Numbered from the stretch's first letter, positions 26,508 through 40,629 are shown. The stretch: DNA of 64,000 nucleotides from Octopus sinensis (GCF_006345805.1 NC_042997.1:67952001-68016000); one strand, 5' to 3'. The notes: generated from the letters alone by a model not told the origin. Translations and numbers: made by a program.

Positions 26508-26668
26508 AGGCGCAGGAGTGGCTATGTGGTTAAAAAGCTTGCTTCTCAAACAGATGACATTAAGTTCAATTCTACCGCGTGGTAGAGTGTCTTCTGCTGT
26601 CGCTCCAGGGCGACCGAAGCCCTGGCAGTGAATTTCATAGAAATTTTTTCATGAAAAAAGCCCGTCAT
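26508..26668 (+). mobile_element. SINE family A, 5' half (diverged)
   Basis: Homologous to the head of 22565-22987 (GGCGCAGGAGTGGCTATGTGGTTAA..CGACCGAAGCC..AAGCCCGTC). Confidence 0.8.
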
Positions 26669-26735
26669 ATTTGTATGTATGTATGTATGTATGTATGTAT
26701 GTATGTATGTATGTATGTATGTATGTATGTATGTA

Positions 26736-26768
<33 letters not shown>

Positions 26769-26813
26769 ATGTATGTATGTATGTATGTATGTATGTATGT
26801 ATGTATGTACGCT

Positions 26814-27868
26814 CGAGGGGGTTCTGAAATGTTCCTGGCTTTGGGTAAAAGAAAATACAGGAGGATCAGTTAATTATGATTTTATTCAACACTAGTAGTA
26901 TTGCCCGGCTCGTGCGCTCGTGCGTTCTATGCTCGCGCGAATTAAGTTAAACTTCGATGAAGTTCAATCAAAATTCAATTATTTTGGTTTTAAAATCAAG
27001 CATTTAATGCCCTCTATTTTTGCGCTTATGTGTTCCATTTCCTCAATAGGAAGTACGTAGAAGCGTTTCATAAATTTTTGTTGATCAAATAATTGCATTG
27101 TTGAATTATTCTTTTAGATCAGTATTTCTCAACGGGGATTTCAGGGGAGAGTTTCAGGGAGTCGCTGGCGATGTATCGTGATGATCAAAAATCCGGCCTG
27201 CTAAAATTTGGTTAAAGTGATTCAAACTGCAGACTCAACGCAAAATGGTCACATTTAATTCAAAGCGTTAAAATTGTTATGAAAACAATTGGTATGTGTT
27301 CACAAAGTCCAAACGATTAATACGAAAAAAACCCTCCAGGCTACATCCCGAAAATTCATTTCTTTGCCGAACTTCTACAATGTTTACGGCGATTCGTTTT
27401 TATATCTTGATTTTTTAATTATTTTTCATGCAATTTACGCATGCTTGCACGCGTGGTGAACACAGTTCACGTTAAACAGCTGACTGAGTAAAGGTCACTA
27501 TTCAATGCATGGGATAAGGCCTAGACAAACACATTATCGATTTTTGCACTTGCGAGATGAATTTCGGAACAGAAATAGCGCAGTTCAATTTTCATTTGCC
27601 TAAACTTTAAGTGACCCATTTTTGGTGGTTCTACGATTTGTTGGCTAGGAGGAGATGTGCCGGGAAGTTAAACACACAGATACGCACACAGATACACACG
27701 CAGACACACAAGTTGAGTTTTATGTATATAGATATTCCGCTCTCAGATTCACACACTTATTGCAGCAGTACTTCAGCTTCGAAGCCCTGTAAAAAACCTC
27801 GGATGGTTGGGCGTCCAATTAGGCCTTTCGCGACACCCTTAAAGCCGGGAATTTTTCAGTACCCCCCT
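26814..27868. mobile_element. Mariner-derived MITE (~215 bp) split by a Helitron insertion
   Basis: Imperfect TIRs CGAGGGGGTTCTGAAATGTTCCTGGCTTT and AAAGCCGGGAATTTTTCAGTACCCCCC. The halves are 26814-26891 and 27733-27868. Confidence 0.75.
26892..27732 (-). mobile_element. Non-autonomous Helitron
   Basis: On the minus strand it starts with TC (TCTATATACATAAAA) and ends with CTAG, with a GC-rich subterminal block. It is inserted between A26891 and T27733 without a TSD. Confidence 0.8.
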
Positions 27869-27886
27869 TATATATATGTTTATGTA

Positions 27887-29169
27887 TCAGGTCATCCCAT
27901 AAGTTCTGTTCGATTTTACCTTTTTTAGAATTGAATGAAATTTAATAGTATTTTAGAATGTCTAATGGAATTAAAAATTATTTTTCTGCATTTGTGTGCA
28001 TTTAAACTAATTAAACATTATTTTACAGAATAATAGAATTCGAATTTCTTTGATTAAAACCCTTTATAACACGGAAGTATCCAAAGAGCATTTAAGGCAC
28101 ATAATGCTTTATGAGCACATAAAATGATTTTGCTGCCGAAGCGACTCGAAACATACACTCAGTTTATGGGAAATAATGTTTGAATGAAAGAACTTGCAGA
28201 AGATGGTTTGCAAAATTCAGAAGTGGAGATTTCAGCCTTGAAGATAGAGATTGAACAGGACGTCCAGTTGAGTTTGATGATAAGCTCCTTGAGGCATTAC
28301 TTGAAGAAAATCCTGCATTATCAGTTGAAGAATTGGCAACAAAGCTTAGTTAAAACCATACAACTGTTCATCGTCATCTTCAACAACTTGGAAATGTTCC
28401 TAAACCTGGAAATTGGGTGCCTCATGAATTGTCCGAAAGCAACCGCAAATCCCGAGTCGACATCTGCTCTTCTCTCCATTTTCGTGAACTCATTTCACCC
28501 TTTTTGTATAGACTTATGACTGGTGACGAAAAATGGATCTTCTATCGAAATGTTAAACGTCGTAAACAGTGGTTTGGTAAAAGGGAAAAAGCTCAACCAC
28601 AACAGAGAAGGGAACTTCATGGAAAAAAGGGTCTTCTCTCTATCTGGTAGGATTGCAAAGGAATAATTCACTTAGAATTGTTACCACCTAATGCAACAGT
28701 CAATGCTCAATTCTAGTGTCAGCAATTAGAGCGTTTGAACCAAGCTTTGAAGAAAAAAGACCCGCTTTAGTGAATCGAGAGCGAGTGATGTTTCATCAGG
28801 ACAACGTGACCCCACACTGCAAATATCACATCACAGAAGATCGAAGAGCTCGGTTGGGAAAAAATTCTTCCTCAACCTTATTCTCTCGACCTTGTTCCTT
28901 CAGACTACCATTTGTTTCGTAGTTCACAGAATCATTTGAGAGACATAACTTTCGCAAGCCAGGAGGAGGTCGAAACTGACATTTCAGAGTTCTTCGCTTT
29001 GAAACCAAAAGAGTTTTACATTGATGGGATTAAAAAGCTTGTAAATAGACGGAAGGAAGTAATAGATAACCAGGGAAAGTACATTGATGATTAAATTTCA
29101 ATTAAATATAACATTTGATCACTTGTTTTCTTTATTCAAAATTTGGACAGAACTTATGGGATGACCTGA
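27887..29169 (+). mobile_element. Full-length degenerate mariner (DD34D) element
   Basis: TIRs TCAGGTCATCCCATAAGTTCTGT / ACAGAACTTATGGGATGACCTGA with TA on both sides. Motifs WVPHEL, TGDEKW, FHQDN and YSLDLVPSDYHLF. Confidence 0.95.
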
Positions 29170-29689
29170 TATACGTATGTGTTTGTCCCCACCTCACCGT
29201 TTGACAATGTTGGTTTCTTTACGTGCCCGTAATATAACGGTTTGGTAAAAGACACCGATAGAATACTATTAGGCTTTAAAAAATAAGCTCTGGAGTCGAT
29301 TTTTTCGACTAAGCCCTTAAAGGTAGGGCCCAACGTGTTTCCAAAGACTGAAACTGGTAAAAATTAATAGAGATTCACAAAAGGAAATCACTGACACACA
29401 CACATATACGCATAAAAATGAATACTGAATATTCGGTTGTTCGATTAATTGAACCACCTCCTCATTTAATTTGGTATCTAAGTGGCTGAATATACCAAAT
29501 ATAAGTGTACCCTTTATTTGCTTCTCAGGCGAAATCAGTGTGACAGTATGTGTTATAAGGCTAGACCTTTTAATTACAGGTGCAAAGTATCTGGGGAGCT
29601 TTCGGTGCATAGGTTGACTTGCGGTTACGGTAAAAGATACTTGACCAAGATGCCGTACAGTATATGTCGGAGGTATTCAAATGTATCAA

Positions 29690-30350
29690 ATAATTCCACA
29701 GCATTTTTTACATACTACCCTAAACTATTTTTCTCTGATTCAACACAATCGTGACAATTGATCAAACCTCTCCCACTCTTTCTTTTGGACAAGTACAACC
29801 AGTCACTGTCACTCTTAGGATGGAATGCTCCTCCCTTGCTATGCCAATAATTTCCGTATCTTCGTATCCATACTCATCAGTTTATTCTTTTGCCAGTTTA
29901 TGGTTCCAGCTCCATTACCTAAGTGATGCTATCGCCCATGTATTTACTCCTTGGAATTTATTCCATACAATCTATTTTGAGCGCGACACCATTCGTAGTC
30001 TCCGGAAATACACTTTCTTCAGCAGTTCTTTCATTTCGCCCTCCATGATTTCATTGAATTCTAGTATGCAAAGATACTTATAGTCTTCCTTTTAAATTAC
30101 TCCCCTATTTGGTAATTCTATACCTGACAGGGACTGTACATTACCTAGTTTCAGACTCGTTACACATTTCTTGAGTCAGAATTTCATCTTAACATCAGCA
30201 TTAAAACAGTGGACTGTGTTCATTAACAAACTCACTTGAACCCCATCCTTGCCATACAGCTTCAAATCATCATTGAAGAGGAGATGGGTAGTTTTTTGTG
30301 TTTTTCCCTTGAACTGATATCCCAGATTCACTTACTTCAACACCAAGGTG
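29690..30350 (-). mobile_element. R4/Dong-like LINE RT fragment
   Basis: Minus-strand THLLFNDDLKLYGK, YKYLCILE, VNTWAI and HPKSDSDWLYLSKRKSGRGL. Confidence 0.85.
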
Positions 30351-30371
30351 AGAGGGATCACGCAAAGTACA

Positions 30372-30452
<81 letters not shown>
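30372..30452. repeat. (ATT)n microsatellite
   Basis: Trinucleotide array seen directly. Confidence 0.95.
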
Positions 30453-30453
<1 letters not shown>

Positions 30454-30771
30454 GACAATACAAAGAGCATGATGCGATCGCAATAGATACTTTATTGGTT
30501 GAACGATATTTCGACAGCAAACCTCTCTTTGTCGAGTGCAAAATGAAAAGTGAAAAAATTCAAAATTATAGAAATTCAAATCTAAAATATAAACGAGATC
30601 AACCAGCGTCCACAAGATGATGGAATGACATCATCCATTTCAATTTTACAACTGGCAAAAAGAAAAAAAAAAAGAAAAAAGCGAAACAAAAGAAGAGGAA
30701 AGCAAAAGAAAAGGAAAAAGAAGACTATTTAATCAAACAGTTTTGTGCAAATTTGTTGAAATTCTGTCATT

Positions 30772-32640
30772 TTATTCGTTCATCCAGGGCGTGATAATAA
30801 TCCGCAAACATTTCTCCTGATGCATTTTGAGCACTGAAATTGTAGATGATTCAGAATATTTTCTGAGAATATGCACTTTCAAGTCTTTTTCAAAATTATT
30901 GCCGTTTGATGCAAAATGTTCAGCAAGTTCTGTCGAACTACTGTTCTTGTGCCAGACGTCATATCTGTGCCCATTGAATCTTTTGTTTAATTGTTCTGTT
31001 GTACAACCAACACAAATCAAGTTGTGTTTCGTGAATTTTGCTGCGTACACCAAATGGGAATCTCTACATGTCCTGCCTTCTGTATAAATCATAACATTTC
31101 TGTTATGATTCCTGATGAGATTCACTTGAATCATGTTGTTGCATAATGAACAGTGCTTATCTGTCTTGCGACTATTTTCCAAGGTACAGCTTGAAGATAC
31201 TCCAATGGTAGATTTCTTGGAGTCAGAAGTAGAGGTTAATAGTTCTCTTATATTTTCATTCCCTCTAAAGGCTACAATAGGCGGCTGAGGAAATATTTGT
31301 TTGAAACGAGTATATTTTCCCTCAACATGCAGGTAACTTTCATGCAACACTTTTGAAATGCCAGCAAAATTTTGGAGCCAGTTGATCACTAAACGTATTC
31401 TGTCACATTTTGTACTGTGTTTGCTAAAATTATCCATGAAGGTTTGACTTTCTTTGCTAATCGTAGCTATGTCATTTGCTATTTTCCTTTAATGGTATAG
31501 AAAAGTATTTGCATGTTTCCAGTAATCTCCTATGTCCGTACAAATCCGTTTTATCCTCAAAAATTGGGATTTCCGATTTGATCGGATTATATGATGTGGA
31601 TGATCAGAACGGCGGTAGAGGTAAATGTGAGATGACATGGGTTTGCAGAAGAACTCTGCCACTATTCTACTTCCAGAAAACTTAATTTTTGTGTCCAAAA
31701 ATACAATGCTAGTTTATGGAAAACTAGACGTAAATTATATGTTGGACTTAAAGCCATAGTTTTTAGTATAACAGTCACAGAAATGCAAGAATTCAACTAA
31801 ATTGTCTTGTGATCCTTCCCAGACAAAAAAGACGTCATCAATGAACCGTAACCAGACTATTGGTTCATGACCATGTAGGAGTTTGAATGTTTTCAGTAAC
31901 TGTGTCTCGAATTTCATCATGAAGACATTAGCGAAATTAACCGCCATGGGGGTACCCATGGCGCAACCCCTCGTGTGGTGGTAAAATTTATGTCCAAACT
32001 TCATTGTGTTACTTTGTAACACAAATCTCAATAACCTACAGGGAAAATTTGATAAAATATTTTTGTTTGACTGTTTTTTGAAGACATTCATGTATGCTTC
32101 TACCCCTTCATCGTGGTCAATATAGGGATATAAAGAAGAAACATCCATGGTTACCAAAAAACAGTTTTCGACATGGCTTCGGTGTTTAAAAAAGCTGTTG
32201 ATTTCAAACAGAAGATCAAAAGTATTCCGAATATAGGAACTTGGTCTTTTTCCGACAGTCATCCAGCCACTCCGAAATTTTAGCTGTACAACATTCATAT
32301 CCGCTGAAACTTATGCGCATTGGAGAAAATCTTTCGAACTGTTTGTATATGTTGGGGAGACCATAACATACAGGTGTTCTTTCTGACTGTTAAATCCTGG
32401 ATTTGGCCTTATCAATGAAATTGTTTTCCTCCGTTTCCAGAATTATTTTGTAACTTCCTCTCTGTAATTAGGGTTTGGACCGAGAGGTAATGTTTCATAT
32501 GAAGTTTTGTCATTTAAAACTTCTTCACAAGTCGAATATACTCACTCCAATGATAGTTTTCTCGGAGTCAGAAGTAGAGGTTAATAGTTCTCATATATTT
32601 TTTATTCCGTCTTGGTGGGGGAAGTTTATTTCATTGGATA
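30772..32640 (-). mobile_element. Penelope-like element: RT + GIY-YIG endonuclease (frameshifted)
   Basis: LVTMDVSSLYPYI, GCAMGTPMAVNFANVFM and WLRFIDDVFFVW (RT); PPIVAFR, CxxC and LVY..C(Y)VGCT..LNKRFNGHR..LAEHF (GIY-YIG). About 60 bp of the linker is duplicated at ~32545-32605. Confidence 0.93.
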
Positions 32641-32694
32641 ATTACTGTATAGACTGTGTTTTGTGTTTGTGGGTTATTTTGTTTAGGTTTTATT

Positions 32695-33115
32695 AGTGAA
32701 TCGATAGTGCCTTGCGTAGGATGTGGGCTGTTCTTAGTAGGGCTATTTTTTTGGATAAAGTGTAATGTTGCGGATCCAGGTATAGCTTCTACGTTTTTGC
32801 TCATATGTCTTTTTTTTTATCATGCCCAATGATCCAGTTATTATTGGTATTGTTTTCACCTTCATAGCCCACAACTTGAATCCTTCAATTTCGAGGACAT
32901 TGTACTTTGACAATCTCTTCACTTCGTTTTGGACAATATTTTGATCAGAAGGGATTTCAAGGTTTATCAGTAAACAAGTGTTTTTTCCTAATCCTGGATT
33001 ATTATGTCTAGGGGATTAGCTTTTATTTCTTTGTATGTTTGAACCGGCATAGCCCAGATAATTCTGGCCTGGTCATTGTCTTGTACCTCATTTGGCACAT
33101 GTTTATATAATCTAT
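32695..33115 (-). mobile_element. R4/Dong-like LINE 3' end (degenerate)
   Basis: Minus-strand IKANPLDIII, LSKYNVLEIE, TIPIITGSLG and ALLRTAHILRKAL; homologous to 21131-21450. Confidence 0.85.
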
Positions 33116-33171
33116 TATCAGTTTTAATGTAGTATTGGCATATGGTCCTGTGGATAACAACAACAACAACA

Positions 33172-33244
<73 letters not shown>

Positions 33245-33249
33245 TAAAT

Positions 33250-33445
33250 GCGGCGAGGTGGTAGAACCGTTACCACGACGAGTAAAAAGCGTAGCGGCAT
33301 TTCCTCCATCTTTACGTCTTGAGGCTGACTTTGCCTTTAACCCTTTTGGGAATCGGTGAAGTAAGGAGCAGTTGAGCACTGGTATCGATATAATACACTT
33401 GTTCTTTGCGCCGAAAGTGCAGGCCTTGTGCCGAGATTTGAAACC
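33250..33445 (+). mobile_element. SINE family B (diverged copy)
   Basis: GCGGCGAGGTGGTAGAACCGTT head and GACTTTGCCTTT..GGCCTTGTGCC body; reverse complement of the copies at 53187 and 57241. Confidence 0.7.
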
Positions 33446-33473
33446 ACCACCACTACTACTACAACAACTACTA

Positions 33474-33526
<53 letters not shown>

Positions 33527-34494
33527 TATGTAAATGTTGCCGAGCTAAGAAAGAATGGTACTCAGTTTAGTAAATGAAAGAAGTAGCTTTTTATGTCTTT
33601 GAGTTCTAACAGAAGTGCCTTAATCCGTTAAGTCGCGATCTCATTCCGAAGTAGAAAGGCTCGTCTTTGACATTGTATTTCTCAATGCCTTTTATTTTAA
33701 AAGTGACCTTTGGAATTGTTATATTTTTCTTAAAATAGCAACATCAGTGGTGACAGTCAGAAGTGCTTGTCACAATAGCAGATGTTTAATAGCAAAAAAG
33801 CAACTCCCTCTTCAAATACAAACAAATACATTTGAAAATGATACATGGTAAAATATCTGAATAAATAAACAATAATACAAAGAGGAATAGTTAAACAAAA
33901 AAAAAATATAGTGTTAAAATGATCAAACTGAACAACACAGTGAAAACAGTCGAAATAATGGTAATTGTTTTCAATATAGGCTCAAGGTCAATGATTTCGA
34001 AGGGAAGACACTAGTTGTTTCTATCGCCCCAAGTATTGGACGTGTATTTTGTTTTATCGACGTTAGAAGAATGGAGTCACAAGATAAGCACCAGCCTGCC
34101 ACAATATATCACAGAAGACCGCGGGAGGAGACAAATAATCTACACGTGCTTTCTTAAGATCATCGGATCTTTTCTTGTTACTTGTACGAGATGGAATCAG
34201 CTCTGGCACACACTTTAATTGAAATCCCCCACTCTGTATGTATCCACCCTTAATCCCCTACTGCGGGAACAGCAAATGCTGAGGGATAACCCTCGCGAAC
34301 TACGATGTGGAAAAACCGTGTCAGCTTAGGCGGACAACGTTTCCGTCATAATGTCAGACATTAAAAATCACCGGTGATTGGTAATGCTCTAAGGGACTAC
34401 GGGGCGGTGACAGAAGTCAATGTCAGTGGGCCTGCATCTCGGTAACTAGAAAGGCAGGCCAATTCCGTCGAAGTGTGTCATGGGTCGCAAGATT

Positions 34495-36330
34495 TATGAA
34501 GCAATTAAATTACTCGGAATCTGGTTTGATGGGCCTTTCTTCCCACATCGGTAACCCATCTTAACTTTCCCAAGTGTCATTGTTATGGGTATAGGTGAAA
34601 TTACAAATAGTAACGGAGAAAGCGTGTCACCTTGGAAGATGCCCCTTTTAATATTAGCTTCTCCAAGGAATACATTACTTGAGTACAATTTGGTTTTCCA
34701 TTGTCATGCTATGCAGCAGAAAATTTGTGATGTTATCAGCAACACCAAACATCAGCAGGCATTCAACGATCCAAGAATGAGGCATCATATCATATGCCTT
34801 CTTAAAGTCAATCCAAGCTATAGATATGTTTGTATGATGTTTTTTTACAATGCCTCAAAACTGTTTTATCGATGACCAGGTGATCCTTGGTACCCTGAAA
34901 ACTCTTCCTACACCCTTTTTGTTCCATTGGTAGTATTTCCTCCTGTGCCAGGAAAGTGTATGTCTTTGCCGCACATATTCCAGTGATTATCTTCCAGATT
35001 ATGTTTAGGCATACTATGGGACGGTAATTTTCCACAATATTACCCTTACTTTCATTAAAAGTGTTGTCCTTCCAGTCATCATCCACGCGGCGACTGTACC
35101 TTTCTGGATACACTCATTCAACTGGGCTGCTAGTCTTTCATGCACCACGTGGCATTTCCTCAGCCAGAAGCCATGAATCCCATCTGGTCTGGGTGCTTTC
35201 CAATTAGCCACTTTACCCACTTGCTCTTTCACATTACCCGTACTTATGACAATATTCCTTTGTTTCTTTTCTCCTTGTAATTCTGTCTTGATAGTTCCTA
35301 TCCACATTGCATCCCTTTTATACATCACATTGTTTCCCTATAATTCGTTCCAGAACTCATTGGCTTGATTTGCAGCAGGAACAACATTTTCCCCATCGTC
35401 TCTGTGTAACATTCGGAAGAATTGATTTGGGTTATTTTTGAACAATCTGTTCTCGAACTGCTTATTTCTGTTCACAAATCTTTTTGTCCTGATCCTCTGT
35501 TTTAACTGCTCTGCTACAGCATCAAACCCGTTCTTCCGTATTTTATATTTCTTCTCTAATTTTTCTTGGTCGGTCTTTTTCACATTTTTCCAGTTTCCTC
35601 TTAACCATTGCTCAGTTTTTCCTAGATCTTGCCTTACTCGCATTATGTCACTTTCAGTATGTCCTTTCCACCATGGTTCTTTTGCTCCGCCATTTTTTGT
35701 TCTCTTAAGTTATAATTTCTCCTCAACAAGTAGTGCAATAGCTCGAAGATTCTTTGTTTGTGTTATGTCCTTCGTCTGGAAGTATGGTATGACAGTATTT
35801 ATCCTTTGTGTTACTTTATTTATCATACTCCTATCTATCTACCCTTTTTTTCTTCTTCTGGAGCATTTATCAAGTTGGCGAGTCGTCTTTGAATTTCAAG
35901 CAATTCATTATCTAGTTGTTTCATTTCCCCTGCATGTCCACCCACCACATTATCAGGGTTCACTGTATAATGTTCCTGTTCCTCATCCTTTCTATGTTCC
36001 TCTTGTCTATTCTTCTCTCTGCTTTCAAGTCCGACCATGCTTTGTACTCCATCGGCAGGGTCTCTCAGACTCTCACTAATCAGATACTTCTCTCTATATA
36101 TATAACGTGCTTGTATTGAGTCGCCTCTATAACCACAGTGTTTATCATTATTACCATCGTTCTACCTATAGCATTTATAAATATCAATAATAATATGGCA
36201 CCTGGTATATTGTAGCAGATCTTTGTCACTATCAAATACTCGCCAAGCGTTCTCCTTTCACTCCTTATACAATGGTCTATACTAATTAGTCCTCTGCCAC
36301 TATTCTTTCTTTTCATATACAGTCTGTTTA
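34495..36330 (-). mobile_element. R4/Dong-like LINE: N-terminal region and RT first half, plus a displaced post-RT fragment
   Basis: NWKAPRPDGIHGFW, MTGRTTLL, NYRPIVCLNIIWK, EQKGCRK..GTKDHLVID and RGIFQGDTLSPLLF. The segment ~36200-36330 encodes RLYMKRKNSGRGLISI. Confidence 0.92.
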
Positions 36331-36353
36331 CGTTATTGTTATTATTATTATTA

Positions 36354-36394
<41 letters not shown>

Positions 36395-36953
36395 TATTAT
36401 TATTATTATTATTATTATGTTTTCATGAAACCTAAACGAAATGTCAATCCATTCATGTTTATCTATTCCCTTCAACGCAGTAGTGAAAGCATCCACACTA
36501 TTTTGGCTTCATTATGTTCTTCGCATTCTGTATTATTTTATCTTGCAAAGAATATTCCCTTCTCATATATAGATAAATAAATCCATGGAATTTGAGAAAA
36601 GCTTTCGTATTTTCTCCGTTCCACAAATGGTTAACTGATAATTGTCAATGTGAATTATTTGAAACTCTGCAGTGATACGACTGGAGTCAAGCAAATATTA
36701 GTATTAGTAGTAGTAGTAGTAGTAGTAGTAGTAGCAGTAGTAGTAGTAGTCAGCAGCAGCAGCAGTAGCAGGTGCGGCAGCAGTAGTAGTTGTAATGGCA
36801 GTAGTAGTAGTTGTAATGGCAGTAGTAGTAAAGGTGGTGCTATTATTGATAGCGGCAATACTGGTTGTATCAGTAGATGCAGAATAGAATAGTCACATTG
36901 TAACACGAGTGAATATTTGAATTATTGTATGTATGTACGTATTGTGTGTGTGT

Positions 36954-36991
<38 letters not shown>

Positions 36992-38229
36992 CTCTATGGA
37001 TAAAATAGCTTAAAGATAAAATATGGCTTCGCCTAGAATTTACACATTTTTTTCTTGTATTGATAGGTTTTCAAGATTTTCAAGGTGCAAAGTTGGAAAT
37101 GAAGAATGTGTTTTTATTTACAGTTTGATTGTCAATGTAATTACTTTGCAGATATATTGGTTCTGTAAGCTGAATTGTTCGAGATTACAGTACACGAAGA
37201 CGAAGTCTTCTGTTATACACATAAATACTTCTAAATTTTGTTTTCTCTAAATGCTATCTCTACAAACGCTTCTGAATTGCGTTTCAAGGATGTTTCTCAG
37301 ACATTTTTGCATTGTGTCGTTAAATAATGCTTCTGCTTAGACTTCGAAACCGTACCTCTAAATAGTGCTCCTAAAACATCTCTAAGCTGTATCTTAAAGT
37401 GAAGCCTCTACAAACATTTACAAATTTGCCCCTTAATGCTTCCTAAACAGTGTCTCTAAATAGTACCTCTATTGTACCTTTTACACTAAGAGGAACGGAA
37501 TGACCCGTTACGACTATGATTTTCCTATTGTCGTGTGCTTTCTCATAAATGGGCACGGTAAATTGGCGAGATCAAGAATAACGATAGCATACATTTGTAA
37601 ATATATTTTGATAAATAGCGCAAATAATAAAGACAAAAAAAACATGAAAATGTTAAAATTGGGAAGTAAACATATAAAGTGATGCGAGACATCCTATGCT
37701 TAACCTGTCAGAAAATACAGCAAATCTGGACTCATTGGAGAAAACGACAGTGTCCCGAAATGCTAGTGGCCTCTCCACCATCTCACTGGCCCAATCGTTT
37801 CTCCACTTGATATTGGCTGGTCAAAGAAGTGGCTTCCTTCTTGCTCCTCTGCCATAGTAACCAAGTTTCTGGAGATACCTGACAGCTGTTCTGGGACTGA
37901 CATCAACGTGTTCTGCCGTGTTAGGGGCCTTGCAACGAATATTATCCTTCACACTTTTCTTAACAAAGAGAAAGGTCCTGTCAGAGAGTCCTGGTCAACC
38001 TGGGCGAAGTGATATGGACTCCTTCCCCACTCTGGTGAATTACACAATTACTCTATTAAATGTAGAAGGCTACGATCCTAAGGCTTTCTGTGACTTTACG
38101 CTGACTATGTCCACCTTCAGATTGACCCACAATATGCTCTTTTTGAAATTTAGACAGTTCCAAGGCTTCTTTTGTACCTGGCGTGAATAAACAGTCACAT
38201 ATAAAACCTGAGACATAAAACTGTCACTT

Positions 38230-39420
38230 GATGAAAAATTAAAACCTTTACAAGTTAGAATAAAAATAAAACGATATTTTATGGAGTGTCTACTTCTGTC
38301 ATGTCTGTGTACACGAGGACAGTGACATCCTCTTTCAATTGGTACTTGAAGAAGTTGATGATGGCTTTGTCTGAAAGATGTATGTCCTCAAGCCCTTTAA
38401 CCACGTCTTCCACACAACTTCCTTCACTGTTGTCACCAGATATAGGAACACTGATTCAGTCTTTACAACATGATATATTGTAATATCTGTGCGAGTGCTT
38501 GTCGGACAATTTCGCCATCCGGGTACATCTAGAACTGGTTCGGTTGCTGGACACTTAAACTCGGCCATTACTAAAGTTTATCCCAAACAGCCAATGCTTC
38601 TGTATAGGACTACCAAGCCAATCCAAGCCAAGCACTTTTGGAAGTTGTTCTTCAAAAGATTCTTCTGAACAGAAGAGACTGGGACTAATGACATTTAGAG
38701 CCACTCATATTCGTCACTAATGCTCGACAGAAGACGTAAAGGTTCTTTCCACCGGCCACATAGCATAATTAATAGAGTGCAGGGAAAGATTGACAGCACT
38801 CCCAATACCTAGGTCCAACTTTGATTTGGCCTTGACAGCAGCCCAGTAAAAAGACGAGCTTCTGAAAAGCATGTCATGAACAGTGACTATATGTTTATCG
38901 TCATCATTGTCGTCGAAGAATCTCTGCAGATATGTTAATCTTAACCTGTGGTTCTTTAACCACGTCATTCTGAGACCCACTTGTAACGTGTGTTGGCAAC
39001 ATGTGAATTTCCTAATCATCAGGACCTGTTATTCTATTAGAAGGGAAATAATATAAGCTCTAATCTAGCTATGTGTTTCCTTTAGACAAGGTATGATGGC
39101 CAGGCGATCTTACATCACCGAAGAGACAAGGTTGTTACCTAATTCCGTCCTATGATATCCTATGAGGATATCTTCCTCATAGCCAATTTTTGAGTGACTT
39201 TGACCATCCTGCTCGCTACTTCTCAGTTATTATCCACCTGAAGGTCGGGTACAAGCCAAATCCCAAACACCTAGAGTTTTAGTTAAGTGACAGATATACA
39301 GTCTCAGGTGATATTCCAATTGGAAATACCTCTTGGAATTCGAAATGGAATTCATCTGAGACAATGTAACGCATTTCATCTGCCTACAAAGTTTATAACT
39401 CTTTATGGTTCCTCCATCTT
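38230..39420 (-). mobile_element. Degenerate Tx1/L1-clade LINE ORF2 3' part
   Basis: Minus-strand LGIWLVPDLQVD, NNFQKCLAW, YTEALAVWDKL, VFLYLVTTVKEVVWKTWLKGL and IINFFKYQLK resemble the Tx1 post-RT/zinc-binding region. Confidence 0.7.
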
Positions 39421-39849
39421 TGGACGTCGCTAAATCGGTTAGTTTTATTTGAATAAAGTATTTTGTAATACTAGTACTATTCGAGTTCTAGCCACTCCTT
39501 GAACAATAGCACTGACTATATAGTCAATTAATAAATAAATGTGTATACTTAGTTTCGGATAAGACTGAAATTAGAATTGAAAGCTGTAATCCAATCCCCT
39601 TTTTTTGTTCTCTAAGAAATAGAAAAGGTATTTGGTTACTTTTCTCTCCGTGCAAATAATTACACAATGAAGAATAGATAAAACTTGTATTGATTATCAA
39701 TATGTATATCACTAACTTACATTTCGGATTATGTAACACAAGCTATTAATTTATAATTAATTAATTGACTCTGTTGCCAATGAAAGCATTATTATACAAT
39801 TCGAATTTACTAGTTTAACCTTGTCCTAATAAGCTAACAGCCATATTTC

Positions 39850-40511
39850 TTTCAGTACTTACATGAAGAGGATACGCGACTTCTGGCGAGATTTGAATTG
39901 AAATCGAAACAGGTTTTCTTTTTGCAGAGATAAAACAGACATTTGTTTGCATTTTTACACGTGTATTCAATTGCAGGTAGCAACAACAGTCTTGTAGTGT
40001 TCATCATAAATTATGCTCTACATAAAATTTCAGATAAGCCAACGTACATTGCATAGGTATCATTAATTATTTTATGTAAAAATACTGTAGTTTTTAGCCC
40101 AAAGGTGAACCACCAGAGAGAACATAAACTTGCCATCATTTTCCGTAAGATAAATGACAATCGCATACTAATTGTCACCATAGCAGTACCAAATGTCTAT
40201 AATATACAGTTAAGAGTTGAATAGGTAAAGGACCACACTGGCCTCGTTGTTGAATTAAAAACATCAAGGTAGTTTTAATAATGTGTTTATCATTCCTTTT
40301 ATAATTGGCTCAATCGCATTGATGCACCATTTTTTTAACGTCGTTGGCAGATGATGAGGATAAACAAAAGCATGTTCCTGAAAACTGCAATACTGTAAGT
40401 TTTGTTAACTATGAATATTTTTCTTACCCTTAAACATATTTATTAAACATAGGACCACTTCTTTTTATTATATATTTCAACAACAATGACGTTGCCGGGT
40501 CATAGTGCTAG
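39850..40511 (+). mobile_element. Possible highly decayed Helitron (Rep-like remnant and 3' end)
   Basis: 3' terminus GACGTTGCCGGGTCATAGTG-CTAG followed by T. Upstream there are weak Rep-like pieces (EIETGFLFAEI, NNVFIIPF). Confidence 0.4.
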
Positions 40512-40629
40512 TGCATGTATATAAGTGTACATATTACATGTACAACTATATATATACATCTACACATAAAATACAAAATACAAAGTTATATCTTGATATC
40601 GCTGGTGATAACAATACTCAAAATATATA

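Noticed and set aside
35438-36079. 213-aa hydrophobic + strand ORF resembling a membrane protein
   Set aside because: It is the antisense shadow of the A-rich R4/Dong-like ORF.
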